Under the pieces are notes generated by a model. The model made no database searches and had not been told where the DNA came from. It saw only the letters and a list, made by a program, of their open reading frames with translations. Both the position numbers and the translations under genes were made by a program. A stretch of 64,000 bases of DNA from an uncultured delta proteobacterium (lineage in GTDB: Bacteria; Myxococcota_A; Polyangia; Polyangiales; Polyangiaceae), in contig CAVOKF010000007.1 of NCBI GenBank assembly GCA_963696385.1, positions 1,088,001 to 1,152,000 of the forward strand. Direction: 5' to 3'. Positions 19,880-31,099 of the stretch are shown piece after piece. The first letter of the stretch is position 1. Each line of letters begins with the position of its first letter.

Positions 19880-20847
19880 GGGCGGCCCGGGGCCATCGAC
19901 GGTGCGAAGGCCGGCGCGACCGACTCGCGAGTGGGCACGGCGGCCGGCGGCACGCCGAGCTCGCTGGCGACCCGACCCTCGAGCGATTCGTCCGCTTCGG
20001 AGTCGAGCTCTCGACCGTTCACGTAGATCGTCGGCGTTCCCTTCAGCTTCAGTTCCTCGCCCAGAGCGTGATCGTGAGCGACTCGATCTTTGACCTTCGG
20101 CGAGTCCATGTCGGACTTCCACCGGGCGACGTCGAGCTTGAGCATGGTTGCGTACCTCTCGAGATCGGCGTCCTCGAGGTGTTGCTGCCGCTCGAAGAGC
20201 AGATGCTCCATTTGCCAAAATCGGCCCTGCTCGCCCGCCGCGAACGCGGCCCGTGCGGCGGGCTCGCCATGAACGTGGAATGACAGCGTGAAGCTCTTGT
20301 ACACGAGCCGAACCTTGCCGGGATGCGCGGCCAAGACGGCATCGACAAACGGGACCGCCTCGCGACAGTGGGGGCATTCGAAGTCGGCGAACTCCACGAC
20401 CGTGACCGGGGCTTCGTCCGGCCCCTCGGTGGGTGACCCGTCGATGGGGAGCCGCTTGGCGCTCGCGGGGTCGAAGCGCTCCTTGTAGGCGCGGTGAATT
20501 TGCTCTTCCGAGGCGCCCTCTCCGACGGCCTTGGCCACCCACTTTGCCGCCTGAATGCACGCTCCGCACGATCGAGATTCTTTGACGCACTGCGCGACCG
20601 ACACGGGAGTGTTGGCACAAGGAGCGAGCGCCGTTGCGACGACCGAAGACCACTCCCGTCGTTCTCGGGGCGTCATCGCACTGACGTCGACGCCGGGCAA
20701 AACGAGATCGTCGGTCTGGCCCGCTGCGCTCGCGGATTCCGGCACCGGCGACAGACCGCTGCTGGCGCTCGAGTCGCGGCAACCCGACGGAGCGACAAGC
20801 ACGAGCCCGAGCACGACGAAACGGACGAGCGGGCTCGATTTACGCAA
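19876..20847 (-). CDS. DsbA/thioredoxin-fold lipoprotein (CPHC)
   Basis: VEFADFECPHC, GTPTIYVNG; signal peptide ending PSGC. Confidence 0.87.
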   Translation of the reverse strand: MRKSSPLVRFVVLGLVLVAPSGCRDSSASSGLSPVPESASAAGQTDDLVLPGVDVSAMTPRERREWSSVVATALAPCANTPVSVAQCVKESRSCGACIQAAKWVAKAVGEGASEEQIHRAYKERFDPASAKRLPIDGSPTEGPDEAPVTVVEFADFECPHCREAVPFVDAVLAAHPGKVRLVYKSFTLSFHVHGEPAARAAFAAGEQGRFWQMEHLLFERQQHLEDADLERYATMLKLDVARWKSDMDSPKVKDRVAHDHALGEELKLKGTPTIYVNGRELDSEADESLEGRVASELGVPPAAVPTRESVAPAFAPSMAPGRP

Positions 20848-21005
20848 GGCTCCGCACGTTTAGCGTTTTTTCAGCGCTCCTACCACCCCGTGTTCGACCC
20901 GACCGCCCGGCGTCGACACTCGCGCCATTTTGGGGCTTGCCCGCTCCGATGGCGGGCCGTCGCCCGTCGCCCAGTGTGGCCAAGCGACGAGCCAACCTCA
21001 CCCGG

Positions 21006-21572
21006 TCAGCCCCCGTTGCGTTCGCGGCAGCCGCTCGCGTACATCCGACCCGCGATGGCACCAATCAAGCCGCCGACCAGCGCCCCGATGATCACGTCGC
21101 TCGGAAAGTGTGCGCCGAGGTAGATGCGCGACAGCCCGACGAGGCCCGCGACGACGGCAGCCCCCACGGCGATCAGGCGGGCGCGCCAGCCGAGGTCCGG
21201 CCGGAGAGCAGGAAGAGCAACGGCCAAGAACGCGGCGACGCAGAATGTGCCCGCCGCATGCCCGCTCGGAAAGGATCCGTCGTGCGGCATGCCGATCGGC
21301 GGCGACAGGCCGAACGCGAGCCACGGCCGCACCCGGCCGACGAGCCGTTTGATGAGCCAGACGAGCGTCGCCTGAATGACGATGGCCGAGGTCAGCCAGG
21401 CGGCCCACCGGCGGGTGCGACTCGAGCGCATGAAGGGGATCAACGCAGCGAGCGACCACCCGGAACCCGCCATCGTGAAGGCCACCATGGCCGGGCCCCA
21501 TGACCCGTGCATGCCGCCGTAGACCATGTGAAGCAGGCGTAGATCGAAGTCGGCCACGAAAGAGGGCGGCAT
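21006..21572 (-). CDS. PAP2 family membrane phosphatase
   Basis: KRLVGRVRP, SFPSGH and SRIYLGAHFPSD (three PAP2 motifs). Confidence 0.92.
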   Translation of the reverse strand: MPPSFVADFDLRLLHMVYGGMHGSWGPAMVAFTMAGSGWSLAALIPFMRSSRTRRWAAWLTSAIVIQATLVWLIKRLVGRVRPWLAFGLSPPIGMPHDGSFPSGHAAGTFCVAAFLAVALPALRPDLGWRARLIAVGAAVVAGLVGLSRIYLGAHFPSDVIIGALVGGLIGAIAGRMYASGCRERNGG

Positions 21573-21652
21573 TCCTTCGTTCTACCTAGCTCCGCCGGAC
21601 GGCGCCCCCCAGCCTTCCCTTTCCGAAAACGGCGAGGCCACGGCTTCGACAT

Positions 21653-23248
21653 TCACCCCTTGCGCCGTCGTCGTCGGACGAGCGATGCCGCCGTAATCCC
21701 AAAGAGCCCCAAGGCGGCCGACGATCCGACCGGCATTCCCACGGCTTCGAGGGCACAAAAGCCGCCGCCGGCCTGACCCCCGGCATTTCGGTAGATCGCA
21801 AAAAAATCATTCACGGGAGCGGGGTAGTTGCAGGTTGTCGTCGTCTGCGGCGATGGCGGGCCGACGTTTCCCGAATTGTCGACCGCAGCGACGGCCACGG
21901 CATAATTCTGATTGTTCACGAGGCCGGGAATGTTGTAGGTGGCCTGCGTTTCGCCGGTGATCGTCGTGGTATAGGCATTGTATACAGGCGACCCAGAGGG
22001 GCAGTTCTGGAGGCCCCCAAGAGCGTATTGACAGGGAATCGTGGCAATGCCGCCGGTGCCCGTCGCGACACCACTATCCACCTCGACCTGATCGCTCGCG
22101 TCGTCCAAGACGACCGAGGCGACACCGCCGTCTTCAACGATGGCACCGCTGTCTTGCACGATGGCACCGCCGAGAACGCTGGTCGCGCAGCCCCCCGCAC
22201 TCTCTGTCGGAGCAACGTTGACCGTATAGCAAACGAGACTGGAACTGGAACCGGTGCTGGAACTGGAACCGGAAGACATCGTCGCGTCACTGCTCGCGTC
22301 GTCGTCAACGCTTTCATCGCTGACGTCGCTGACACTGGTTGCGTCGCCGACGTCGCCGACATTGGTTGCGTCGCTGACGTCGCTGCCACTGGTTGCGTCG
22401 CTGACGCTTGCCCCGCTCGCCGACGCTGCGCTGTCGGTCACAGTGGTGCTGCCATCCGGGCATATGGTTTCGGTGACTACGGACGGCGTTGCCGCTGCGC
22501 CGGGCGGTGGATCAATGAAGATGTCGTAGCCCAACGTGTCCGTGTCGGAATTCGCCGTCCACGTGGGAATGAGGACCATGTCGCCGGCGCCCACGTTGAC
22601 GTTGGTCGGCGGAGGGGGCCCTACGAGATCGGCGTTGACCGTGACGGAATACGACGTGCCGTTCGAATCGGCGGTCCCACCCGGGGCAATCGGTATGAAA
22701 TACAGAGTGATCGTCACGGCGGCATACGAAGGCTGCGCGGTGCACGCGGATGGGCCCTCGTGCACGAGCACCGGGGGATTCGGTGGCGATTGCTGCGGTC
22801 CCACGAGATCCTGGACGCGGATCGCGAAAGATTTGGTCGTCTGACTGATAACCGTTGGGCCAAACCCCCCATTGACCAACCAACAGGTCGGCACAGCGAC
22901 ACCCAAGTCTTCACCGACCTCGCTGGGACAGCTCCCGTTAACCGTGGCCCAGATCTGCATCCCGTCCGAGTTGTTGTTGCCGAAATTATTCAGATAGACG
23001 TTGTACTCCAGCGTCATGTCATTGATGCAGTCGGAGTAATTCACGCCGTAGGGGTTCAGACCGGCCGGGCGCGTCGACTGTCCGAGAGATTGGTTACCGA
23101 TGTAACGGTTGGGCACGGTTTGCTCGCCCGCCGTAATCGACGGCCCCGTAGCCGTTGTCGCAGCCGTCTGTGCGCGCCCGGCTCCGCTTGCAAGGAGCAC
23201 CGCAATCGCAGAGCTCGCGACCAGAAGCTTACGCGTGCGGTGAAACAT
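21653..23248 (-). CDS. Secreted surface protein with split FN3-like domain, Asp/Ser/Thr linker and MYXO-CTERM-like C-terminal anchor
   Basis: Signal peptide; GLVNNQNYAVAVAAVDNSGNVG FN3 end; C-terminus GGGFCAL...hydrophobic...RRRRRKG. Confidence 0.75.
   Translation of the reverse strand: MFHRTRKLLVASSAIAVLLASGAGRAQTAATTATGPSITAGEQTVPNRYIGNQSLGQSTRPAGLNPYGVNYSDCINDMTLEYNVYLNNFGNNNSDGMQIWATVNGSCPSEVGEDLGVAVPTCWLVNGGFGPTVISQTTKSFAIRVQDLVGPQQSPPNPPVLVHEGPSACTAQPSYAAVTITLYFIPIAPGGTADSNGTSYSVTVNADLVGPPPPTNVNVGAGDMVLIPTWTANSDTDTLGYDIFIDPPPGAAATPSVVTETICPDGSTTVTDSAASASGASVSDATSGSDVSDATNVGDVGDATSVSDVSDESVDDDASSDATMSSGSSSSTGSSSSLVCYTVNVAPTESAGGCATSVLGGAIVQDSGAIVEDGGVASVVLDDASDQVEVDSGVATGTGGIATIPCQYALGGLQNCPSGSPVYNAYTTTITGETQATYNIPGLVNNQNYAVAVAAVDNSGNVGPPSPQTTTTCNYPAPVNDFFAIYRNAGGQAGGGFCALEAVGMPVGSSAALGLFGITAASLVRRRRRKG
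22317..22406. repeat. 27-bp imperfect tandem repeat (about 3.3 copies) encoding VSDATxxxD
   Basis: tcgctgacgtcgctgacactggttgcg / tcgccgacgtcgccgacattggttgcg / tcgctgacgtcgctgccactggttgcg / tcgctgacg. Confidence 0.85.
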
Positions 23249-23423
23249 AGTCGGCCAAGTATAAGCATCGGGCGTGCCGTGCGCCCTCGCTGCGAGGAGC
23301 CGGGTTGCAAGGGAAAGAGGGCGGCTCGTGGCGCCAACTTGTCAGGTGCCCGGTAACCCCCGTCGCGCGGATGCCAAAATGGCAAGGGCGCCTGCGACGC
23401 GGCTGCTAGCGTGCGCGAACCCG

Positions 23424-25046
23424 GTGACGACAGCACGAGGCGAACGGAACAACGCGCGACCGCTCGGCGAGCGCGTGCAGGACCCCGGCTTCACGCCGAG
23501 CGTGCGCGACGTCGAGGCTCTCGTGGACCTGCTGGCCGATGACGCGCTGGCCAAGGCTGCCGAGCGAGCCATCGGGCGCGTCGGAGCGGCCGCCTTGCCC
23601 GTTCTTCGCGCGCGTTTGGACCGTGCTCGAGCGCCGAGCCGCGCCCGCATCGCGCGCGCGGTGGGAAGGGTCGCGGCCCAGAGTGGAGCCGAAGACGCCA
23701 TCGCCGTCCTTGTGGCGGCTCTTCGCGATACCGACCCGAAGACGCGTCGAAATGCGGCGATCGCTCTCGGACACGTGCGAGCCGGCGGCGTCGAAGACGC
23801 CTTGATGGGCGCCTGGGAAGCCGACACCCGGCCGGAGATGCGGCGCACTCTCGCGGCGTCGCTCGGCAAGGTCGGGACTCCCCGCGCTCTCGCGATCCTC
23901 GAGGGAGCGTCGCGCGCGGCGGACGCGGAGCTCGCCCGCATCGCGCAGCGCTCGGCGATGATGATTGCGCGCACCGCCTCGCGGGTGGCGGGGCCCGCGC
24001 CACGCATCGACGCGTCACGGCCCGCTTCGCAACCTCTGGCGGTCATGGCGCTGTCTCGCACCGGCCTCGAGGACTTGCTCGCGGAAGAGATGGCTCGAAT
24101 CACGAGCGTCAAACAGGTTCGAGTGGTCGGGCCCGGTCGCGTGCAGGCACAGCTCTATGGTCCGATGCAGGCGCTTTTCGAGGCCCGCACGATGCTCGCG
24201 TTCCACTTCCCTCTGGAATTCGAACGCGTCCGAGACGGAGAGACGCAGGCCGACGCGATCGCCCGAGCGGCCTCGAGCGACATCGCCCGAGCTGTATGGT
24301 CCACGTGGACCCCGGGCCCGGTCCGTTATCGGATCGCCTGGGCCGAGGGCGGGCACATGCGCAGAGCCACGTGGGACGCCGTGAGCGTGCTCGCTCGACG
24401 CAGCCCCGATCTCGTCAACGATCCCACCGCGTCGATCTGGGAGTTGGTCGTCCATGCCGCTGAACACGGCCTAGAGATCGCGATCGCGCCTCGGGCGCTC
24501 GACGATCCGCGCTTCACGTGGCGCCGCGAGGTCGTGCCCGCGGCATCGCATCCCACCGTGGCCGCCGCGCTGGCTCGGGTCGCGGGAGCTCGTGCGGACG
24601 ATGTCGTCTGGGACCCTTTCGTCGGCTCGGGGGCCGAGCTGGTCGAGAGAGCACGCCTCGGGCCATTTCGATCGCTGCTCGGTACGGACGTGGACGCTCG
24701 CGCACTTTCGGCCGCGCGCAAAAACCTCCTCGCGGCGGGTGTCGAGGCGACCCTCGAGCGGGCGGACTCCGCGGTCTTCAGGCCTGCGCTCCTGACCCTC
24801 GTGATCACGAACCCTCCCATGGGGCGAAGGGCGTCGCGGGGACCCGGTTTGGCCGACATGCTCGACCGCTTCGTAGCCAACGCGGCTTCGGCCCTTCGTC
24901 CGGGCGGACGCCTGGTCTGGATCGCCCCGTCGCCGCGCCGATCGCGACTCGCTGCGACCCGATCGGGCCTCGAACTCGAATGGGCACGCACGGTCGACAT
25001 GGGCGGATTCGACGCCGAGCTGCAGAAGTGGTCGAAGCCCGGATAG
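23424..25046 (+). CDS. HEAT-repeat protein fused to a THUMP-like/class I SAM RNA methyltransferase
   Basis: HEAT repeats (LRDTDPKTRRNAAIALG); GLEDLLAEEM; VWDPFVGSG (motif I); ITNPPMG (motif IV). Start uncertain (range 23274-23424). Confidence 0.75.
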   Translation: MTTARGERNNARPLGERVQDPGFTPSVRDVEALVDLLADDALAKAAERAIGRVGAAALPVLRARLDRARAPSRARIARAVGRVAAQSGAEDAIAVLVAALRDTDPKTRRNAAIALGHVRAGGVEDALMGAWEADTRPEMRRTLAASLGKVGTPRALAILEGASRAADAELARIAQRSAMMIARTASRVAGPAPRIDASRPASQPLAVMALSRTGLEDLLAEEMARITSVKQVRVVGPGRVQAQLYGPMQALFEARTMLAFHFPLEFERVRDGETQADAIARAASSDIARAVWSTWTPGPVRYRIAWAEGGHMRRATWDAVSVLARRSPDLVNDPTASIWELVVHAAEHGLEIAIAPRALDDPRFTWRREVVPAASHPTVAAALARVAGARADDVVWDPFVGSGAELVERARLGPFRSLLGTDVDARALSAARKNLLAAGVEATLERADSAVFRPALLTLVITNPPMGRRASRGPGLADMLDRFVANAASALRPGGRLVWIAPSPRRSRLAATRSGLELEWARTVDMGGFDAELQKWSKPG

Positions 25047-25064
25047 GGGGTACAACCAGCCGGG

Positions 25065-26492
25065 TCAGGCTACGGCGGGGCGAAGCGACGGGTGCTGCGC
25101 GCGCTTGGCGAGAAAATCGATGACGTCGATCTTCGTGACGATGCCGACGAGATCGTCGCCCTCCTGGACGATCGCGATCTTTGCGTCGGCCAGAATGCCC
25201 TGCAAGAGTTCAATTTTGGTATTTTGAGTGACAGTCGCATAATCGTTTTCGATCAGGTCGCCGATGGGCGTTTCGGGCGTCCTGCCGCCGGCGACCAACG
25301 CGCGCAAGAGGTCCACCTCCGCGACGATGCCGCGCAGCTTTCCGTTTTGGACGACCGGCAGCTGGCTGATTCCAAGCGTCTTCAGGCGATCGATGACTTC
25401 GCGCAGCGTGTCGCCGGGCTCGGCGGTGACGAGCGGTCGCTTCTCGCGGCTCGACAGGACGTCGCGGACCGTCCCGAGCCCCGGCGAATCGTCGAGAAAG
25501 CCGTTTTCGCGCATCCAGTCGTCGTTGAAAATCTTCGAGAGATACTTGTGGCCGGCATCCGCGAGAAACACCAGAATTCGGGCGGGCCTGCCCGCGACGC
25601 GATCGGCCCCCCGATCGGCGAGAGAGCGCGCAACCTTGAGTGCTCCGGCGACCGCCGCGCCGCCCGATCCGCCGACGAACAGACCCTCGAGACGCGTCAG
25701 GTCCCGGGTCATCAGAAAGCACTCCTTGTCGTCGACGCGCACGACGTCGTCCAAGATTGCAAGGTTCATCGTCGTCGGAAAAAAATCCTCGCCGATCCCT
25801 TCGACCTTGTACGCGAAGGCCTTCGTGACCCTGCCCGTCTTGACGAAATCGTAATAAAGCGAGCCCACCGGATCGATCCCGACGATCCGGATTCCCGGCT
25901 TCTTCTCGCGGAGAAACCTACCGGTGCCGCTCAACGTGCCGCCCGTCCCCATGCCGGCGCAGAAAACCTCGAAATCACCTCCGGTCTGCTCCCATATTTC
26001 GGGGCCACTCGACAGGTAGTGCGCCTCGGGATTGGCCGGATTATGGTATTGGTCGGCGTAAAAGCAATTCGGCGTCTCGCGCGCGATGCGCTGGGCCACT
26101 TGATAATAGCTCCGCGGATCGTCGGGCTCGACCGCGGTCGGGCACACGACGACCCGGGCCCCGAACGCGCGCAGGTGGCTTATCTTCTCCTGGCTCATCT
26201 TGTCGGGCATCACGAATACGCAGCGATACCCGCGAATCGCCGCGAGCAGTGCCAGCGATGCCCCCGTGTTGCCGCTGGTGGCCTCGACGATCGTCCCGCC
26301 CGGAGCGAGCCCGGCGCTTTCGGCACGACGCAGCATGTTGGCCGCCAAGCGGTCCTTGTGACTGCCGCCGGGATTGAGAAATTCACACTTGACGTAAATC
26401 TCGACCGACAGCCCGGCGGTGATTCGGTTGAGCCGTACGATCGGCGTATGCCCCACCGCTTGGCTGATGTCCTCGATAGAGCCTTGCATCAT
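25065..26492 (-). CDS. Cystathionine beta-synthase (PLP domain + CBS pair)
   Basis: NPGGSHKDR, EATSGNTG, GMGTGGT, EGIG, KIFNDDWMRENGF; C-terminal CBS domains; ATG overlaps the pgeF stop. Confidence 0.9.
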   Translation of the reverse strand: MMQGSIEDISQAVGHTPIVRLNRITAGLSVEIYVKCEFLNPGGSHKDRLAANMLRRAESAGLAPGGTIVEATSGNTGASLALLAAIRGYRCVFVMPDKMSQEKISHLRAFGARVVVCPTAVEPDDPRSYYQVAQRIARETPNCFYADQYHNPANPEAHYLSSGPEIWEQTGGDFEVFCAGMGTGGTLSGTGRFLREKKPGIRIVGIDPVGSLYYDFVKTGRVTKAFAYKVEGIGEDFFPTTMNLAILDDVVRVDDKECFLMTRDLTRLEGLFVGGSGGAAVAGALKVARSLADRGADRVAGRPARILVFLADAGHKYLSKIFNDDWMRENGFLDDSPGLGTVRDVLSSREKRPLVTAEPGDTLREVIDRLKTLGISQLPVVQNGKLRGIVAEVDLLRALVAGGRTPETPIGDLIENDYATVTQNTKIELLQGILADAKIAIVQEGDDLVGIVTKIDVIDFLAKRAQHPSLRPAVA

Positions 26493-27199
26493 GTGGACCT
26501 CGGGCGCGCTGGCGCGTCGGCGGTCCTGCCATAGCTGCTCGCGGCGATGGCCGCGAGCATCCTTCCGCTGGTGGCTCCGTCGCGTCGGAACGAATGAAAG
26601 CGATCGGCTTCGTGTCTCGTGCACCCCGGTACGTCGTCGACCGACGCAGGGTCGACGCCGAGCGCCCGAAGCTGAGCTCGGACGGCAACGCGCAGGTCGA
26701 CGAACGCCTTGTCTCCGGCGACCCGCACGACCGCGTCCATTCCCGGGCAGGCGCGCGCGATCTCCGCGGCCACGTCGCGGCCCACCTCGAAGCAGCACGG
26801 GCCGATGCACGGACCGATCGCGACGACCGGCGCGCTCCCGCTCAGGCGCTCGAGAGCCGATCGCAGAACCCCGGCGACGATCCCTCGCCATCCGGCATGG
26901 ATCGCAGCGACGTCGCCCGAAGCCCGGTCGCCGACGAGAACCGGCACGCAATCCGCGACACGCACGCCGACGGCGATCGGGGCGGGTGTGGCACGACCGG
27001 CCGAGCGACCGATGATCGCATCCGCTTCCGTCGTGCCGACATCGAACGCCTCGATGGCGTGCGCGCCGTGCACCTGCTTTGCTTGAGCCACGGCATCGAC
27101 ACCGAGCGCCCGCAAGAGGTCCGCGTCAACGGTCCCGCGCTGCGGAAAAGCGTGGGCGAATCCTGCTTCTGAGAGCCGGCTCGATCGCAAAACCACCAT
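26489..27199 (-). CDS. pgeF: YfiH/PgeF family purine nucleoside phosphorylase/polyphenol oxidase-like protein
   Basis: KQVHG, VADCVPVL, IHAGWRG, GPCIGPCCFEVG, FHSFRR. Confidence 0.9.
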   Translation of the reverse strand: MVVLRSSRLSEAGFAHAFPQRGTVDADLLRALGVDAVAQAKQVHGAHAIEAFDVGTTEADAIIGRSAGRATPAPIAVGVRVADCVPVLVGDRASGDVAAIHAGWRGIVAGVLRSALERLSGSAPVVAIGPCIGPCCFEVGRDVAAEIARACPGMDAVVRVAGDKAFVDLRVAVRAQLRALGVDPASVDDVPGCTRHEADRFHSFRRDGATSGRMLAAIAASSYGRTADAPARPRST

Positions 27200-27255
27200 G
27201 GTGGAGCGATGATGCCTCGCGCCGCCACGTATCGCAAAACGACCGTGGTGGATCG

Positions 27256-28473
<1,218 letters not shown>

Positions 28474-28552
28474 ACGGCCGGGCCGACCCCTCGCGCGCAA
28501 CACACACGACGACGACGGTCCCCGCCACGGAATTCGCGCTACGCTGCCCCCC

Positions 28553-29932
28553 ATGGCCACGCGTTCGCGAAGGTCCCCGCAAGACCCCGCCGACACGCTC
28601 TTCGGCACCGTCGCGAAGACCGTTTCCTCGCGAGACGGCGTGCCGCTCGCCGAGCGCATGAGGCCCCGCGCACTGCGGGATCTGGTCGGGCAAAGGCACT
28701 TGCTCGGTCCGCAATCCGTGCTCGCGCTCGCGATCACGGCCGACCGTTTGCGGTCGGTCATCCTTTGGGGGCCGCCGGGCACGGGCAAGACGACCCTCGC
28801 GCGTGTCATCTCGACGCACACCCAATCGCAGTTCGTTCCGTTCAGTGCCGTGCTCGGCAACGTGGGCGACCTGCGCGAAATCGTCCTGGCGGCGCGGGAT
28901 CGGCTCGCGTTTCACCAGCAGCGCACGATCGTGTTCGTCGACGAGATCCACCGCTTCAACAAAGCTCAGCAAGATGCGTTTTTGCCTCACGTGGAAGACG
29001 GGACCATCACGCTCATCGGCGCCACGACCGAAAACCCGAGTTTTGCGGTGAACGCGGCTCTCTTATCGCGATGCCACGTGTTTCGATTGGATCCTCTGAC
29101 CCCAGAGGATCTGGTGGAGATCCTCAGGCGCGCTCTGCAGGACCAAGCAGGCGGTTTGGGGGCTCGGCATTGGGTCGCGGACGACGACGCGCTCCTCGCG
29201 ATGGCTCGAGCGGCCGACGGAGACGCGCGGCGCGCGCTATCGATGCTGGAAAGGGTGGCCGACAGGCTGTCTCCCGCCGATGGCGCGCGCATTTCGCTCG
29301 ACAGCGTCCGGGCGACCGAGAGCCACCAGCCGCTACGCTACGACAAGAGCGGCGAAGAGCACTACAACGTCGTCAGCGCATTCATCAAGTCGATGCGCGG
29401 CAGCGACCCGGACGCGGCCATCTACTGGATGATGCGAATGCTGGAGGCCGGCGACGATCCCCTCTTCGTGTCGCGCCGCATGCTCATTTTCGCGAGCGAA
29501 GACATCGGAAATGCCGACCCCCAGGCCATCCTTGTCGCCGTCGCGGCGGACGCGGTCCTTCGACGGGTGGGGATGCCCGAGGCGACGTATGCTCTGGCGC
29601 AGGCATGCACCCACCTGGCGACGGCGCCGAAATCGAATGCGGCCAACGCGGCTTGGCACAAGGCCCGGGAGCTCATCGAGCGTCACGGCGCTCTGCCGGT
29701 ACCCACGAGGCTGCGCAATGCCGTCACGCCGCTGATGAGACAAGAGGGATACGGGCAGGGCTACCGCTACGCACACCACTTCGAAGGGGGCGTGGTTCCT
29801 GGGGAGACCTACCTGCCCGAAGCCATCGACGGCACCATCCTGTATGAACCGACCGACCGCGGCGACGAAGCGCCCATCCGCGAGCGTGTCGCCGCCCTTC
29901 GCGCCGCGCACTCCAAAGCTCGTTCAACCTAG
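28553..29932 (+). CDS. rarA: Replication-associated recombination protein A
   Basis: PLAERMRP, GPPGTGKT, DEIHRFNKAQQD, ATTENP, SAFIKSMRGSDPDAA, SEDIGNADP. Confidence 0.95.
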   Translation: MATRSRRSPQDPADTLFGTVAKTVSSRDGVPLAERMRPRALRDLVGQRHLLGPQSVLALAITADRLRSVILWGPPGTGKTTLARVISTHTQSQFVPFSAVLGNVGDLREIVLAARDRLAFHQQRTIVFVDEIHRFNKAQQDAFLPHVEDGTITLIGATTENPSFAVNAALLSRCHVFRLDPLTPEDLVEILRRALQDQAGGLGARHWVADDDALLAMARAADGDARRALSMLERVADRLSPADGARISLDSVRATESHQPLRYDKSGEEHYNVVSAFIKSMRGSDPDAAIYWMMRMLEAGDDPLFVSRRMLIFASEDIGNADPQAILVAVAADAVLRRVGMPEATYALAQACTHLATAPKSNAANAAWHKARELIERHGALPVPTRLRNAVTPLMRQEGYGQGYRYAHHFEGGVVPGETYLPEAIDGTILYEPTDRGDEAPIRERVAALRAAHSKARST

Positions 29933-30235
29933 CGCCCCGAGGGCCGCTCGAAGCTCGGCGACGGCGTGATCGTCTCGTTTGGTTGTCGCCACCTCGATCC
30001 CCGCAGAAAGCCAAGCACGCGCCTGGTCGAGGCGCCCGAGCGACTCGAGCACTTGGCCGCACATCAGATACATGGGGGTGTAATCCGGAGTCCGGCCCCG
30101 AAGCGCCTCGAACGTGGCGACGGCCTCCTCGAGCCGCGACAGGCTCCGGTACTCCATCGCGAGCCCGTACCACGCGAACGGGTCGTCGCTGCCCGACGAC
30201 GTGACCTTGAGCAGGAAATCGAGCCTTTTTCCCAT
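29924..30235 (-). CDS. Small TPR protein
   Basis: DDPFAWYGLAMEYRSL...PDYTPMYLMCGQVL TPR pattern; 103 aa. Confidence 0.8.
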   Translation of the reverse strand: MGKRLDFLLKVTSSGSDDPFAWYGLAMEYRSLSRLEEAVATFEALRGRTPDYTPMYLMCGQVLESLGRLDQARAWLSAGIEVATTKRDDHAVAELRAALGALG

Positions 30236-30283
30236 GACCCCGCGCAAATAGCACGGCCGTTCGATGGGGGTATCATCGTGGCT

Positions 30284-31099
30284 ATGCCATCCTGTCCGGC
30301 CTGCGGCGGCCCACGCGCCAATCCGGACGCCCCGTGCGCGTCGTGCGGAGCGCCCGTAGAGGGCACTCCCCCGACGGGGGGGCTCGAGCTGGATATCCCG
30401 CTGAGACCCGCTCCCGCACGAACGAGCCCACGTCAGAGCGCGCCTGAAATGTCGTTCGATCTGGCGTTCGATCCGCGCTCGTTGACGGTCGAGGTGCCTG
30501 CCGCTCCAACGGCTCGCGTCGTCGTCGAAGCGCCGGCCACGTCTTTCGCCCCGCGAACGGCTCTCGGCCCTGCGGGCTCGATCGCCGACGACGTTTCGGC
30601 CGATGCACGCTTGCTCGGGGACTACGGAGAGCCGCCCATGCGCTGGATGCAAACGGCGTTGTACGCCTGGCGTGTATACCGCCGGCGACGCGAACTGCGG
30701 CAGTCGCTGGCCGTCCGCCGGCAGGAGGTGGCCGAGGCGCAGGCCGAGCTGGAGAGCGCGCTCGTGGGCTTCGCGGATCAAGCCCGACCGATTTTCGAGG
30801 ATCACCCTGCTTACGCGGAAGCCGTCGATCAACTTCGACGCGCCGAGGATGTGCTCGATGCGCGCATTCGCGTATTGGCGGCCGAGAACGAGGCGGACGC
30901 CGCCCGGCTTGCGTCCATGGATGCGCGCATCGCGAAGCTCGAGGCCGAGACGCAACAGGCTCGCCATGAAGAACGCCTGGCGGCCACCGAACTTGCGGAG
31001 GCTCAGGCCGAACTCGGACGGGAGGAGCTTCTCCTGAAGCGCGCCGAATCCGAACGCCGGGCCGCACGGCATCGGCAACCAGACCGGACGAGCGAATGA
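30284..31099 (+). CDS. Hypothetical protein with N-terminal zinc ribbon and C-terminal coiled coil
   Basis: MPSCPACG...APCASCG; long E/A/R-rich heptad region; TGA overlaps the next ATG. Confidence 0.7.
   Translation: MPSCPACGGPRANPDAPCASCGAPVEGTPPTGGLELDIPLRPAPARTSPRQSAPEMSFDLAFDPRSLTVEVPAAPTARVVVEAPATSFAPRTALGPAGSIADDVSADARLLGDYGEPPMRWMQTALYAWRVYRRRRELRQSLAVRRQEVAEAQAELESALVGFADQARPIFEDHPAYAEAVDQLRRAEDVLDARIRVLAAENEADAARLASMDARIAKLEAETQQARHEERLAATELAEAQAELGREELLLKRAESERRAARHRQPDRTSE

Noticed and set aside
18994..20782. Apparent N-terminal extensions of the exonuclease (527 aa) and second DsbA (594 aa) ORFs
   Set aside because: Out-of-frame overlaps with upstream genes; real starts lie next to the upstream stop codons.
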